DNA of 64,000 nucleotides from the human T2T-CHM13v2.0 reference genome, Homo sapiens (GCF_009914755.1 NC_060926.1), one strand, 5' to 3'; numbered from the stretch's first letter, positions 13,116 to 32,500 are shown. The notes: a model not told the origin generated them from the sequence alone. Numbers and translations are program-made.

Positions 13116-13971
13116 TCAGAGTTCCACATATAAATATATTGCCTAATCTACCTTCTTTTACCCTAGAGGCTTAATCCCTCCATCTTCTAGACTCTGATGA
13201 GTTGCCAGCTGTAATTCAGAGGGACCACCACCAACATCTTACAGAGTCCTCGTTCTCACTGCCTGACAAAAAGAGCAGGCAAAATCCATAAGAAGCATGT
13301 GGAACCTCAAATTCCAAGTATGAATATATTTTCAACATTAAATATTAGGTATTAAGTAATAAAAGCAACTCCTGGGGGGAAAAACTTGTTTCTAGTCTCA
13401 CCACCTCAGTATAACCTTACAAAGAATAAAGATAAATGACATTTATTACTGTCATTGCAGATTACTATTTACTAAGTATCTCACTTTAAATAAATAAACC
13501 AAAAGTCCTCTGCTTTTAATGTTTGGGTAGAGAAGAAAAATGAATTGTGTTTACCACTGGAGAACAGGATCAGAATCGGAAGAGGTAGAGTTTGTAATAA
13601 TAAGCATGTATTACTTTTCTTCCTGACATAGAAGGTTCCACTCCACTTCTACCTTCGATGAGCTTATAAATCAATTTAGGAAATTAAGAGAAAACCAAAG
13701 AAGTTATGGGTTGCACAGGATGCCTAAGTAGATTAGAAAAATGAATAAACTGTCACTTCAAAAACCATTAGGAGGGCCATGACACAAGGGGACGTGGGAT
13801 TCTTTATACTGTGGCTAAAAAAAATAGTTAATAGCTCTTAGTTCCATTCTTTTTCCTCCTAAAGTTCCTGAATGTGGAGACTAAATGCTGCTGCAGAAGT
13901 TAGGCTTCACACAGTTTGAAACTGATCACTTTTTACATGCATGTATAATCTCAGAGTTGTTATTACACTTA

Positions 13972-14330
<359 letters not shown>

Positions 14331-14563
14331 ATTTTTAAAACTTGTTCTACTTGACATTTTAATAGGATAACTTTCAGCTTTTCCTATAGAATGCAGTAAG
14401 TTATGCTTATTCACTGCTACACAGAATTAGGTTGTTAAAGTCCTTTTCGGCATATAGCTATTTGAGTGTAGCTGTGCAAATTAATGTAATATAATGTAAA
14501 AAATAAGCAAAACTGTTAAAACCAGTGATTTGCTTAGAAATATTTTTTTCCAAAAAAAACTAA

Positions 14564-15125
<562 letters not shown>

Positions 15126-15689
15126 AGAACTGCTATGATCTGCACTAATTAGAAGACAGTATATTTATTATGTTGTTTACTTAAAAAGACAACAGTCTAT
15201 GGTTTAGGAATTTCTAGTAAGATCATATGTAACAGTTTTAATAATTAGTTTATAAATATTTTAAATATTTAAATTGATATCACTAACAGAAACATAGCAT
15301 CATGATTCAAGGCATTATTTAATACTGAGCTATGAATAAAGTATTTTGATGGAAAAATAATATCTCAATGCCAGCATCCCACAGAAATCACAAGGGACTA
15401 CCCAATTTCCAGATGATCAGGACACAGAAAAACTGTCATTGAAATTTAGGCTTTTCCTTTTACTATGGTAAATTAAGACACAGGCTATTACTACTTCTTT
15501 GGATAAGAAAAATTGGAAGTTACTACTTGAATTTCAAATAATTTCCAAGGCAGGGCTTTACCAGTAGAGTACTATTGAATAGTCGTGATGGAAAACAATA
15601 ATCTGGTAGTAATAATTTGAGTCTCTGATGGAGCCTGAGAAGCAGAAGGCATAAAACACACAGAGGTTACACTTAGAAAGCACTTTATA

Positions 15690-15870
15690 GTTAAACAGAT
15701 CATTTTCGCACATAGTGTCTCTTTGTTCCTCACAAAATCCTCCAAGGTTAAGATGGCTATTTATAACAATCCTCATTTTACAAATGAAAAAACTAAGCCT
15801 GAAGCATTAAGAAACACAAATAGTGGCAGAACTGGAGCTTAAACCCAAGTCTTTTAGTTAGAGGTCCGAT
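15690..15870 (-). mobile_element. MIR
   Basis: cctcattttacaaatgaaaaaactaagcct...agtggcagaactggagcttaaacccaagtct core. Confidence 0.7.
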
Positions 15871-15978
15871 CTGCTTTATATTACTTTACTTTCCTCCTCT
15901 CTATTCATAAATTAATGTGAAAGAGAAAATGCAAACATTTTCCTAGACAAAGTGAAACATGTCCTCATATCTTACTTT

Positions 15979-16115
15979 AAAAAGAAGGAAAAGGAGTAGG
16001 AGGAAGAAGGAAGGAGAGAGAGAAGGGAGAAGGGGAAGAGGGGAGAAAAGCGAAGAGAGAGGAAAAGGGGGAAAGAGGGAAGAAGAGAAGAAAATGGAGA
16101 AGGGAAGAGAAAGAA
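15979..16115. repeat. GA-rich polypurine low-complexity tract
   Basis: Near-pure A/G for ~135 nt; explains ORFs 15959..16186 and 15977..16213. Confidence 0.9.
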
Positions 16116-16656
16116 GTGGCTACTTCGAGACATCTCTCATTCCAAGAACCTGCCATGGGAAAGTCAATAAGCTTATAAACATCTGAACAAAACTTGAGAA
16201 GAACCCTAAACAATTTTGAAGAACTCTAATGGAAGAGTTCTGAAAGTTTGCCTACCAAAACAATCCTGACAAGAGACAAAAACTGCATATATTAGAGCTG
16301 ATGCTAGCTGCCATCAGGCACCATGATGTGTCTGTCAATTCTATTCTCTTGTAACAACCAATAACCCTGCATTGTTATAACACACAATATTTACTATATT
16401 CATCTGCCCCATAGAAAAGTTGTCCTGTTCAATGAATGAACAAAAAGTCAAACAGTGAGGAATTTCAAGAGAAAGCTACTATATTAAAAATATTCTCAAC
16501 TTGAAATCAGTATTACAAACTCTCATAAATGTCTCCAAATTCATGAAAAAGAAAAAGCTACGGGTTAAGATTAAAGAACATGGATTCTTTTATGCATTAT
16601 ACAGTATGTATTATAGTCCCTAAAAATATTTATATTGTATGAGTTATCTAACTCAC

Positions 16657-16792
16657 TGTTGAAGTATCAATGACGCTTTTCTCTCTTCCATCAACATCAT
16701 CATCTTCATCTTCATCACTGAAATCTGCAGCTGCACTTTCAAGGAATTTGAAATTATCCAGCACGGAGGCAGAATCTGTTAACTCAGATTTT
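16657..16792 (-). CDS. STRN: Striatin coding exon 6 (136 nt; acidic linker)
   Basis: CAG|AAAA...CAACA|GTGAGT; KSELTDSASVLDNFKFLESAAADFSDEDEDDDVDGREKSVIDTST; phase 2 to 0. Confidence 0.98.
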
Positions 16793-17037
16793 CTGGTGTA
16801 AAACATGTATATCCTGCTTAGTTAATCTTTTTAACTTCGACATAAGAAGTAACCCATGATATGTTACATCAACTTCTATTTATATGGTAACTATAAATCC
16901 CAAATCACATTATCTACATTGATTCTTATCAATTACACTCTCACAAATTTAAAAAGCAATACAAGAAGTGGATACTCTTTAAGTACTTTGTAATCCTATC
17001 TATCTACTTGCCTGCCTACCTACCTACCTATCTACCT

Positions 17038-17320
17038 GGAGACAAAGTCTCCGGGCTCTGTCACCCACGGTAGAGTGCAGTAGCATGATCTAACTCACTC
17101 CAGTCTCCGCCTCCCAGGTTCATGCAATTCTCCAGTTTCAGCCTCCCAAGCAGCTGGGATTACAGGAGTGAGCCACCACACCCTGCTAATTTTTGTATTT
17201 TCAGTAGAGATGGGGTTCCACTATGTTGCCCAAACTGGCCTCTAATTCCTGAGCCCAAGTGATTCTCCCGCCTCAGCCTCAGCCTCCCAAAGTGCTGGGA
17301 TTATAGGCGTGAGCCACTCG
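17038..17320 (-). mobile_element. Alu (old) with (CTAC)n/(CTAT)n-derived tail
   Basis: Reverse Alu preceded by tetranucleotide repeats at 16995-17037. Confidence 0.9.
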
Positions 17321-17741
17321 TATCTATTTAGATTAGTGGTAATCTAATGTAAAAAACTCCCCTTCCTGATTTATTATTATTTTGATCCTTACACCAACCT
17401 TAATGTATTTCATTTTAAAAATATTTTTATTATCTCTACCGCCGTTTTTCTCTACTCTTATTCTCTCTACAACTCTCCCTTTGACCTCTTACATAAGTTT
17501 ACACAACTAAGAAAATAACAAGTATGTCATTTTTCTCTGATGCAATCTTGTATTTCTGCTTAACAGCTAAAGTAAAAGAGAAAATGTGTACATAAAGTTA
17601 CTAACAGCAATACACTAGTCAAATTAACATTGCTACTAGACTCGACCCTGTTGATTAATAAGCCATTAATCTCTTAGAAATAGTTGAATTTTCAAATATA
17701 TGACTTGAATTTAGTTCCCTCAAAATAAATTTAGTAAAGAC

Positions 17742-18189
<448 letters not shown>

Positions 18190-18404
18190 CTATTTTAAAT
18201 TTCAAATCTACTTACAGCTTTGTGTTTGGTATTACCCTCCCCTAACTCTTTATCCCTACTGAAATCGGACAGATTAGCAACAGTATCTTTGTCATTCTTA
18301 AAAGACAAATCAAGGCCAAAACACACAAGAGTGGTCTTCCCTCAAAGTCTTTACTGAAGGTTATTAAAGTATGCATTATAGTTCTTAAAAACATTTATAC
18401 TATT

Positions 18405-18705
<301 letters not shown>

Positions 18706-19720
18706 TTATACTATCTAAGTTAACTTGATGACTTACATTAAACCCAGAACATAAAAACAGAACTAAAGATAATGTCCACACAGTCTATATCTATAGAGAA
18801 ATAACATGCCTTACATTTACAAATATAAGTTAATGTATGTTTTTAATACAGCCTACAAAGTTGGAAATGTATTCTTAATTATTAATGAATACATTTTAAG
18901 GCTCCAAGGAACTTTGCTTATAAAAGTCCTACAGTGAACCTTTACCTAATCCCATAATTTTAATTTATATTCCAAATAGCAGGAACTATCTTCTTGCTAG
19001 AAAATTTATAGAGTTCAATTAAAACCATTCTTCCTTCCTAAACAAGTGTCAAAATAAAAGTCATACTTAAACATTCACAGAATTTTTGGCTTTTTATTCA
19101 ATTAACAATCACGGAAATTTTTTCCCAATAAATAAGAATCTCTTTATTGAACTGTTTATGATTATTTTAAGTAGAATCATATGTAATTGTATGATACATA
19201 ATCCAAAATGGAAAACAAAATATTTCAAATAGCTACTGAATTGTTCACACTTACGCTGTCACTTCAAAATAGCTACTTAAAATAGATATTTTATATCAAA
19301 GATAAATTACAACATTAATAGATAAACAAAAGTGGTTAAAAAACAGTGTTACTTCTACAGAATTTGAGGTATTTTTACGACTTCTGGATCACCAATCATG
19401 AAACGTCATTCTTACAGATTTGTACTGAATTTCCAAATAAAATCTTTTCTGAAGTTTTATTTACTGATTAAGTCAATATACTAAAATCTATTAAATATCT
19501 GTATTAAATAAATATCACAAATAATATTCTTGAATTAAAATAGTCATAAATAACTCCAATCCTTGTTACCTTCTAACCAAATAAAATGTTAGAATTTTTA
19601 TTAAGTTATAATTAAATTATTTCTATGTCACTACCTAAAAGTACAAGTAATGTCCATAAAACCAAAAATATTTAATAAGAACTAATAATAGCTAAAACAC
19701 TTTCCAGACAAAATACTTAC

Positions 19721-19888
19721 GCAATCATTGCTGTCTCTTTAACTTCAGCCTCTGTGCCATTTACAACTGAGTCCTGATTTTTGTCATCTTCCCTGTCCGT
19801 GACATCACTTGAAAAGCCCAACAAAGCTCGCACTCGTTTAGATTTCACATCTAGAATAGTATCTGTATAACCCACCTCCTGTAGATAC
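19721..19888 (-). CDS. STRN: Striatin coding exon 5 (168 nt)
   Basis: CAG|GTAT...ATTGC|GTAAGT; YLQEVGYTDTILDVKSKRVRALLGFSSDVTDREDDKNQDSVVNGTEAEVKETAMI(A); phase 2 to 2. Confidence 0.98.
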
Positions 19889-21681
19889 CTGTGTGAAGAG
19901 AATCCTTAGAGTTCAGTCATACTGGAATCAGTATTCTATAATTTAATATGTAAATAAAAGTATTTATTTAAACTCATTGCCTGCATAAGACTTAACAGTA
20001 CAGTACTATGCTAGTAAGACTTGTTAATAAATAATCTTCCAGCTGCAGATGGAGCTGTCTCTTGCAGTACCAGCCTCTACAGTCACTGAGAAAAATGAGA
20101 GAACTATACAATACACCATTCATTACATTTACCATAAGAAGAAGCTGGTCTTTAATATATCTAATAGCACATTCTTTTCTTTAGGCTGGATTGGAGCTAG
20201 ACTACCAAATCAGTATTTTATAATAGTTATTCCGGTAGTTTTTTTAAATTTGTCATGGATCAACTGTTTGTGATCTAGACAGAATGTTCCTAGCATATAT
20301 CGTCTCCTTCATTACACACAAGGTAGTTATTTCTCGAGTCACTCTACAGAATTGAAGCTCCTATCCTGAGACAACTTTAAAATAAAAATAGACTGCAATT
20401 AAATTGTAGAATGTAGGGGGTGTGTGTACACATGTGTGTGTATGTTACTGAAAGGCAGCAACACAAAAAAAGAGCAAAGGCTTTGTATTGAGAGCTAGAT
20501 CTAGGTCCTGTTTCTGCCACTTACTTGCATAACTTTAATTCTCCTGAACCTCAGTTTTCTATCCTTTAAAACAGACACACCTAATATTGTACCTGGCATA
20601 TAGAAAGGACTCAATACCTACTAACACCAAAGTTGACCAGAACAGACCAAAAGTGGCAGTGGGAAGACCATGAAAAAGGTAAATGCCATTAATAAAAACG
20701 ACAGACAAACATCGGACATTAACTTATAAGTAGGCACCGAGTCTACTGGATGAAAGAAGAAAACAAAGGTTGACGAGATAACCAGTTTAAGTTCAGTTTA
20801 TTAACAAGATTTGGTCTTAGTTATTATAGCTGAAAGAGTTATCTCAGAAATATATGTGATCAAAGGGAGTAAGTGTATCTTACCAAATCAAGATGCTCAT
20901 TTTTCAATCCCATCCAATATTTATAGAAAGGTCTCGATTAAAATTTGGATAATAAATTCCCAACTTTCCTAAATTTAAAGTTCTTGAAAACGGCTTTAAA
21001 GATGTTATATTTTTCCATTTTTAACAAATAATATTTGAGACATACCTCACTTTGGCAACAAAATCACATTACAAATACCTGTTTCAAAACTGCTCTTGCC
21101 ATAGAAAAGCTGGTTTTACTCAACAGTTACTTCCTCATTCATTGATAAAATGACACCTTTACTCAGAAGAGTTGATTATGGGTCCTTTGAAGTTTTTGAA
21201 AATATCTCTTGGATAGCTCATTATGAAATCATTTTTTGTTTAAAAAAAGATTAACATTCTAAGAACACATCTATTTTAAAAAGGTAGATGTATAAATCAT
21301 ATTTAAGATCAAAGTGTGGGCATTAGTAAAAATTTACTTATTAAATATCAGAAAATATCTCATTTTCTTGTAACTATCTAGATCAAAAAATACATATGCA
21401 AAGACATTTTAAGATTCTCTTTCCGTAGTCAAAAGTAATAGCTGCTATACATCCACTTTGGAAACCTTGGGTTTAAACAACTTATAATCAACCTCCAAAA
21501 AACCAGGTAGTACATTTCATTTTACTGAGGCACAAATCTCAATATGAGTTTCAAAGGTGGTATTCAAGAACCAGGCACTGAGCTGGTGAGTCTAGTCTAC
21601 CTCTTGATATCAGAACCTCAACCCATCATTGTTTACTCTTTATTGTCTCAAATACATATTAATATTTTATGGAAGAAAGTT

Positions 21682-22002
21682 GACCGGGCATGGTGGCTCA
21701 CACCTGTAATCCCAGCACTTTGGGAGGCCGAGGTGGGGAGATCACTCGAAGTCAGGAGTTCGAGATCAGCCTGGCCAACATGGCAAAAACCCATCTCTAC
21801 AAAAATACAAAAAAATGAGACAGGCATAGAGGCACACACCTGTAGTCCCAGCTACCCGGGAGGCTGACGCAAGAGAATCACTTGAGCCCAGGAGGCAGCA
21901 GTTGCTGTAAGCCAAGATTGTGCCACTGGACTCCAGCCTGAGCGACAGAGTGAGACTCCATCTCAAATGAATGACTGAATGAATGAATGAATGAATGAAT
22001 GA
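21682..22002 (+). mobile_element. Alu with (TGAA)n tail
   Basis: Alu consensus followed by a TGAA array. Confidence 0.93.
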
Positions 22003-22093
22003 AATATATGTTAGGCAATATTTGCAAATTTGGAGAATTCAAAAAGTTCTCCAATTATTTAAAAGTTTTAAAACATAACAAAATTGCATGTAA

Positions 22094-22404
<311 letters not shown>

Positions 22405-22676
22405 CAATTGCACATATATTAAAATGTTATATATTCATACATAAAATATGCAATGAAAAGAATAACTTTAAAGTTATAAAATTCTTTTAACTACGTAAGT
22501 TCTACCACACAGAAAAAGTATTTAATATGAAAAAGGAACAGTAATTCAATTAAGCTTTTTCACAGCATCTGTATGAGATAAAATATTCATCTGACTTGAA
22601 AATACACAGTAAAAATAACTTCATAAAACTGTTTCTTGTCTTCAGCCATTTATAAGTTTCACCATGAGACACTTAC

Positions 22677-22755
22677 TGTCTGAGTAGTTGTCGACCTTGT
22701 TTCCACATTAACTGGCTGTTTTGTTGTGGCTGCACTTCTGTTTCATTACCTTCAT
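22677..22755 (-). CDS. STRN: Striatin coding exon 4 (79 nt; calmodulin-binding segment)
   Basis: TAG|ATGAA...AGACA|GTAAGT; (D)EGNETEVQPQQNSQLMWKQGRQLLR(Q); phase 1 to 2. Confidence 0.98.
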
Positions 22756-23114
22756 CTAGAAAACATTAAGTCATAATAAAACTGACTTGTTTTACGTATT
22801 AGAGGGCATCTTAATTCATTAATAACGTCCAATAAACATTTATAAGATTAAGAATATGTAAAACTGCAACTGTAAGGTATGTGTTAGGATAATGTAAGTT
22901 CTGTTTTTTAACTGTAATTTCTATAACAAAACTCTAATATAAATTATTGCTACTGGATTTCCCTAAGAGTAGCAGAACTAAAATAAATACATTTTCCCTG
23001 TCTTTAACTAGACTAAGAATTTTTCTCCAGAACAAAGACTTATCCCATCAAGTCACACAATGAGAGCCAAATAAAAGTATTATAAAGTAGCACATCAGAA
23101 CTAGAACAAGCCAA

Positions 23115-23630
<516 letters not shown>

Positions 23631-23776
23631 TAACAAATAAATAATTTTTTTAAAAAAAGAACTAGAACAAAATACTGAGGAATGATGGTAGAAGAGCCAA
23701 TTTGGTAAAGAGCAGATATATAACAACCTCAATCCAAACCTGTTTCCTTCATTAGCTATTACATTTAAAAACTTCA

Positions 23777-24144
<368 letters not shown>

Positions 24145-24405
24145 TTAAATTCATCACTAGGTAAAACCAGAATCCTTTTTAGAAGGTGATAAAATAAAAA
24201 GAGCTTTCCCTATGGTAAGTCTGGACTGTACAATCTCCAAGCTATACTATGGTTCTACATTAACAGTACAAAAAAAGTGCATACTTTCCTCAGCCCTTGA
24301 TCAAACTCTAAAAAACTGCTGATCTTTATAGGATCTTATTCAAGTGGAGATACAATAGGGACTGGAAAAATTTATTTGGTGACATTTGAAATTAAGTATT
24401 TACGG

Positions 24406-24711
<306 letters not shown>

Positions 24712-25809
24712 TTACTACATACTGTGTTAAAAACACATACATTATCTCTTTTATTCCTTACAACCTCAAAGATAGGTACTTAGCCTCATTTTAAAGATAA
24801 GAAAGCTTGAGTTTTGGAAGGCAATTTTCAGGTTTTTTAGTTAGAAACACAATTGTAAGTGTTGAATTTCTGTTTCACTCCAGAGCCCCAGCATTTTCCT
24901 TCACATGCTATCACTACAATAAGAAATTAGAGAAATACATGAATAAAAATAAGCATTAAATCTTCCAAGTTTGTTTTTCTTCTAAAAGAACTCTAAAATA
25001 ACTAGGCTTAGTTCTGTGATATACCAAAGAAACAGACTGGAAAGGCAGGTAGAAAATAAGGGGAATTAAATTAACTCCAAAAAGAAGCTAATTACTCTGT
25101 GATAACTTCAAAGAGAAAATAAATTAAAAAAAATAAAAAATAAAAAAAGAAGGGAGCAAAAACGCTGCCCCCAAACTAAGGGAAAACAAATACATCTTGT
25201 TTCCACTGACCGCAAATTCAGGATCTGTGCAGGTAACATAGTATGTTCCAATATACCCCCTTCTTAAGTCAAGTGAATAACCTGTACTTGCCAAGTAAAA
25301 ACATTTACATTGCCATTTCAAGACTTCAGATGTTAAATGAAGTTCTGAGGTCATTAAATCTCCCATCAGAATAGGGCTAAATCCTTTCTATGCCATCCTC
25401 AAATATACTCAACTACTTCTGCCTATTTTGGCAGCCAGTGACATTACAAAAAAGTGTGATACAGCAAATCAATGGAATACTACTCAAGAAGAACAAGGAA
25501 TGAATTACTGATACAAACATACATAAATCTCAAATGCATTATTCTAAGTGAATAAGCCAGAATCGAAAGGCTACAATCTGTAAGATTCTGGAATTCATAT
25601 GACTTTCTAGAAAAGGCAAAACTACAGAAATGGAAAACAGACTACTGGTTGCCAGGGGATTAGCGTACGGAGGGAGAGATTTGTGAAAACACTAAAAAGG
25701 GTGACTTTTATGATATGTAAATTATATCTTAATAAGAATCAAATAAGAATGTACCCTATCCTCTTAAAAAAAAGTGTATTCTTACACTGAGATAAAATCT
25801 GACCCTCTA

Positions 25810-26315
<506 letters not shown>

Positions 26316-26554
26316 TCAGGTTAAAAAAAGAAACCCAAAGTCAAATAGCTCTTATATTTCCTTACTCAGGCTAAGCTCGCAGTTCTTTCCATGGTTAGTA
26401 AGCAGTCATTAACTATCACATTCATTCTTGCCTTGTCAAGTTCAAAAAGTGACATTATATAAAAGTGAGGATTTTAATATAGATAATAGTTGAATTTCTC
26501 GGTAATATCGAAAGTATTTGACTGCTATTTCCTGTCAAATTAGGGTAACAGACA

Positions 26555-27935
<1,381 letters not shown>

Positions 27936-28552
27936 TATATTCAACTTTAAATAACTACCTGGCTTCTAATATTAAATAGGAGAGACTGAAATATCAAAAA
28001 TAAATACATTTTAACATAGCCTGAGATAATACTCTCCTACAGTAGAAATATGAAGGTCTGGACGTGGGACAAAAAAAAATTAGAAAGGAAAAGCAAATTT
28101 TTGTGAAAAATGTTTCAGAAAATGTCTGGTTATCAGTTTTAGGAAAATATGGTAAATAGATAAAAGAACAAAGAATGCAAAAAAAAATCCCTGCTTCTTT
28201 AATGGTTATGCTATTTGAATATACCCTTTCTGCCACCTCCTAGTACTTATCACCATCATCTATAAATCCCTAGATAACCCTCCAAATCTGGCTCACATGT
28301 TTCTGCCACCAAACTTCTACATCATCTTGAGTGAAATCAATATGCATGTAGGAGATCCACTTCTGCCTCTCCACAGCCACCACCCTCTCTAGCTGTCATA
28401 TCTTAGGTCTTATCATCATGAACAACTATGATAGATGCAAACTGATTGTCTGAGCAGACCAGTCAGGCTCAATTACTCCCAATTCATTAGTTCTTTTTTC
28501 TTTCTTTTTTCCCTAAATTTGCTAGTTCTTTAATTTAGCTGGGACCTCTAGC

Positions 28553-28750
28553 CAGGGGCCAGCACACTACTGCCTGCATGTCAAATCCAGCCTATCACCT
28601 GTTTTTATAGTACAGACACATCCATTCATTTATGTACCTTCTATGAATGCTTGCATGTGACAGTGGCAAAGTTGAGTAGCTGCAACAAACAGCCTGCAAA
28701 ACCCAAAATATTTACTATCCGGCCCTTTACAGAAAAAGTTTGCTGACCTG
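28553..28750 (+). mobile_element. MER58A-like hAT-Charlie relic
   Basis: CAGGGGCCAGCACACTAC...aaatatttactatccggccctttacagaaaaagtttgctgacctg, flanked by CTCTAG repeats. Confidence 0.85.
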
Positions 28751-30067
28751 CTCTAGACCAGAATCTACCCCCTTACTTTTAATTCACCCATTAGCCAGCC
28801 TCCTTGTGTCTTCACTTCCTTCCCTCTGTAGTTTTAGTTCATGGCTTATCACTTCAATCATTCCTTTGTCAAATTTTTTTGTCCCTTTTTCTCTCCGTGA
28901 ATTCAACTATTAACTATCTGCATTCTCTTTTACTTTACCCAGACTACCAAATGTGCAGCCTAGTGCCTCTACATACACTCATGATCACACACCTCAACTG
29001 GACCCTTAGCTTTTCTCGATCCTACTATTCCCTAGAAAGTTAGTCTTCCTGTTTACCATTAGCATTTTAAACCTTCTCTACTTTTCTTAAACATCTGACC
29101 CACTCTCAGCAGATAATCCTATCTCATATATAAAGCTATCACTTGTGGACATTTCCTCAAATACCCACCACCAAACAGAAATCCAAATCTATAAACCTGT
29201 TAACCTAACTTCCTACATTCTCTCCTGGTAATGATAAAAGACATGCTCCTCCTGCCATTCTCCAGCTATGCTCAGAATCCAGTCCCTACCACCTTCTTCA
29301 GATTATCTTCCTATTTCGAGTATCTCTACTCTTTCCCTTTTATTGGTTACTCCTCTAAGACACACATCACACGTGTGCGTGAGAGTGTGCGCGCGCGCAC
29401 ACACACACTTTCCTTGACCCCATGTGTCCTTCCAGCTATTGCCCTCTAATCTCTCTCCTTCACCTTCACAACCTAAGCTTCCTGAAAGCTAACTATACCC
29501 ACTTTATTTCTGCCCTCACCTCTCTCCTTAAGTTCTCAGTGTCCCATGTGTCACAAAGTCCTACAGATATTCTTCAGCCCTCTGAGAATTAACCAGTAGT
29601 GGTGAACAGTCCTTCCTTCTGGAAGCCCTCTCTTCTCTTGGTTTCCTTGGTCTCCTGGTTTTCCTCCTACTGTTAATGTACTCTGTATCAGACTCTTTTT
29701 CACGTTTCCGTTCTTCTACCAGTCTTTTAAATGTCATTCCTCAGGGCTCCATTTTTTGTAATCTTACCTCACATACAGCTCCTGGGTGACTGTTTCAACT
29801 CCAATGGCCTTGAGTGCCACCAGTACCATATGTTGATGCCTCTCAAATTTATGTCTCTAACACATCCATACTTCTGGCTTAAGCTCAAGACCCATATACT
29901 CAACTGTCTACTGGCCATCTTCACTTGGTTACCTAAGAAATAAATCCAAAAGTGAACCCACCATTTTCCAAATCTACTTCTGGTCTAGTTGTTTAAATTA
30001 CAAATGTGGGAGTCACTTCTGACTCATCCTTTTTTCACCCCCTACATCCAATCAAGAAGTAGTTCCT

Positions 30068-30124
30068 GTGCTTGCCTTGGCAGCACATATACTAAAATTA
30101 GAATAATACAGAGAAGATCAGCAT
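30068..30124 (+). pseudogene. 3'-truncated U6 snRNA retrocopy
   Basis: GTGCTTGCCTTGGCAGCACATATACTAAAATTAGAATAATACAGAGAAGATCAGCAT matches U6 nt 1-57 with a few substitutions; flanked by direct repeats AAGAA(G/C)TAGTTCCT at 30054-30067 and 30150-30163. Confidence 0.93.
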
Positions 30125-31127
30125 AAAATCAAATTTATGTATATATAAAAAGAACTAGTTCCTGCATATTTTACTTCCTAAATATTTCCTGAACACACCC
30201 TTGTCAAGGAAACCTTACTCATTTGCCCAGGTTTCTGCAACAATCCTCTAACCAGTTGCCCCATCTCCAACGTTGCTCCTCTCTAATCCATCTTCCACAC
30301 TACAGCCCACGTAATCCAAGAGTAAATCTCATCATAAACCCCTAATTAAGATCCTTCAAATGCTTATTATATTCCTAAGCGTGAACTACTTAACATGTTT
30401 CACAAGGCCCTTGTAACTATTTTACCCCCCAGCTAACTCTCTATCTACATCTGGAAACATTCCTTCCCTCTCTCCCACTACTATCCAGGTATCCCATTTC
30501 TCAAATGTGCCAGTCTTACCTCAGAAGCTCTGCTGCTAATACTCTGCCTTTCTCCCACCTCCCATTCAACAAATAGTCAGTTTACTTGCCCTGGTTAATT
30601 CCTACTTGTCCTTCAGATGTCAAAATTAAACATCACTTCCTCCAAGAAGCCTTTCTTGACCACTTGACTAGGTTTGTGCTACTGCGCTCAATAGCACTTA
30701 TTATTTATCCATTATACATGTCATATGTCATTGTAATCACTTCTTTAACTGTCTATCTTCCCTATAAAAATCCAACAGGGCATTGTTGTCTTATTCACTG
30801 GATTTGGTACTAGGTCTGAAAAACATTATATATATCATATTTATAAGATGAATGGATGGTTGGAAAGATACATGAAATGATACTAGGTACTAACTATTAC
30901 ATACTGAGAATAACTAGGTATTGTACACTAAGAAAATAAACATTTGAGTTAGGAAGTATTCCCAGAGTATTTCCTAGTTTACAGATCAGGAATGGAGTAA
31001 CCATAGAGAAATTAAGTAGGATCACGGAAATTTAAAATGTTGGGGCAGAGTCAAACTTACATCTACCTGCTTTTAAAGCGCAAGCCCCTTCTACTGAGCT
31101 GCGCTGTTTACTTATAAACTTGATGAT

Positions 31128-31424
31128 TTTTTTTTTTAAGAGACAGGATCTCACTCTGTCACTCAGGCTAGAGTGCAGTGGCACTATCTTAGCACACTAT
31201 AACCTAACCTCAAACTCCTGAGCCCAAGTGATCCTTTCACCTCAGCCTCCCCAGTAGCTAGGACTACAGACATGTGCCACCATCCCCAGCTAATTTTTTA
31301 ATTTTTTGGCAGAGACAGGGTCTTGCTACATTGCCCAGACTGGTCTCAAACTCCTAGCCTTAAGCAATCCTCCCACCTTGGCCTCCCAAAGTGGGATTAC
31401 AGGCATTAGCCACTGCAGCCAGCC
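31128..31424 (-). mobile_element. Alu (J-like)
   Basis: Reverse Alu with J diagnostics. Confidence 0.9.
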
Positions 31425-31839
31425 ATGTTTACTTACAAACATTTAAAAAATATATTGCATCTAGGCTTCTATTCTCCTAAATTGATATCCAAAACTTATG
31501 AAAACTTTTAAATACAACACTAATTAAAATCACTCCTTTGAGTCAGTTAATATAGTTTTAGAACAGTTTTTAACAAATAGCCTAGATTTTTTAAAAATTT
31601 ATTTTGAAATTTAAGCACATCTCAGGTCACAAGAACAGACACTCAAGTAAAAGACAGAATATTAAAAAACAAAGGAAAAAAACACAGCACTGATCAACTG
31701 GCATTGCTCTAGATCTCAAGCATTTAATATTCAGCTGAGGAAATGCATTAATACACTACTACACTGAATTAACTATAAAATTGGCAGTACATTTAGAAGT
31801 CATTTTGGAAAGTTCTTTCATACACTGTCAAATACAGAA

Positions 31840-32000
31840 GCAACATGGTAAAATGGAAAGAATATGAATTTTGGAGTCAGAAAGACCTGGGTTCAGCTCC
31901 ATATTCTATCATTACTTAATATCTGTGTGACGTTGGGCAAGTTTTTCCACTTCTCTGAGTTTAAATTTCACATATGTAAAATCCAAATAAATATTATCTT
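31840..32000 (+). mobile_element. MIR
   Basis: ttttggagtcagaaagacctgggttca...ctgtgtgacgttgggcaagtt. Confidence 0.8.
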
Positions 32001-32051
32001 TACCAAAGATACTTTACCGAATAACCACTTTAAAATTTAAAGTGAATATGC

Positions 32052-32500
<449 letters not shown>

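Larger units (their letters stand above)
28200..30860 (+). mobile_element. Long degraded LINE-2 hosting MER58A and the U6 retrocopy
   Basis: Pyrimidine-rich L2 motifs (ccatatactcaactgtctactggccatcttcacttgg; catcacttcctccaagaagcctttcttgacc). Confidence 0.75.

Noticed and set aside
15562-15634. 73-nt pseudo-exon in intron 6 (CTTCTCAG|...CTG|GTAAAG)
   Set aside because: Mediocre donor, frameshifting with a stop, next to a MIR; not distinguishable from background pseudo-exons.
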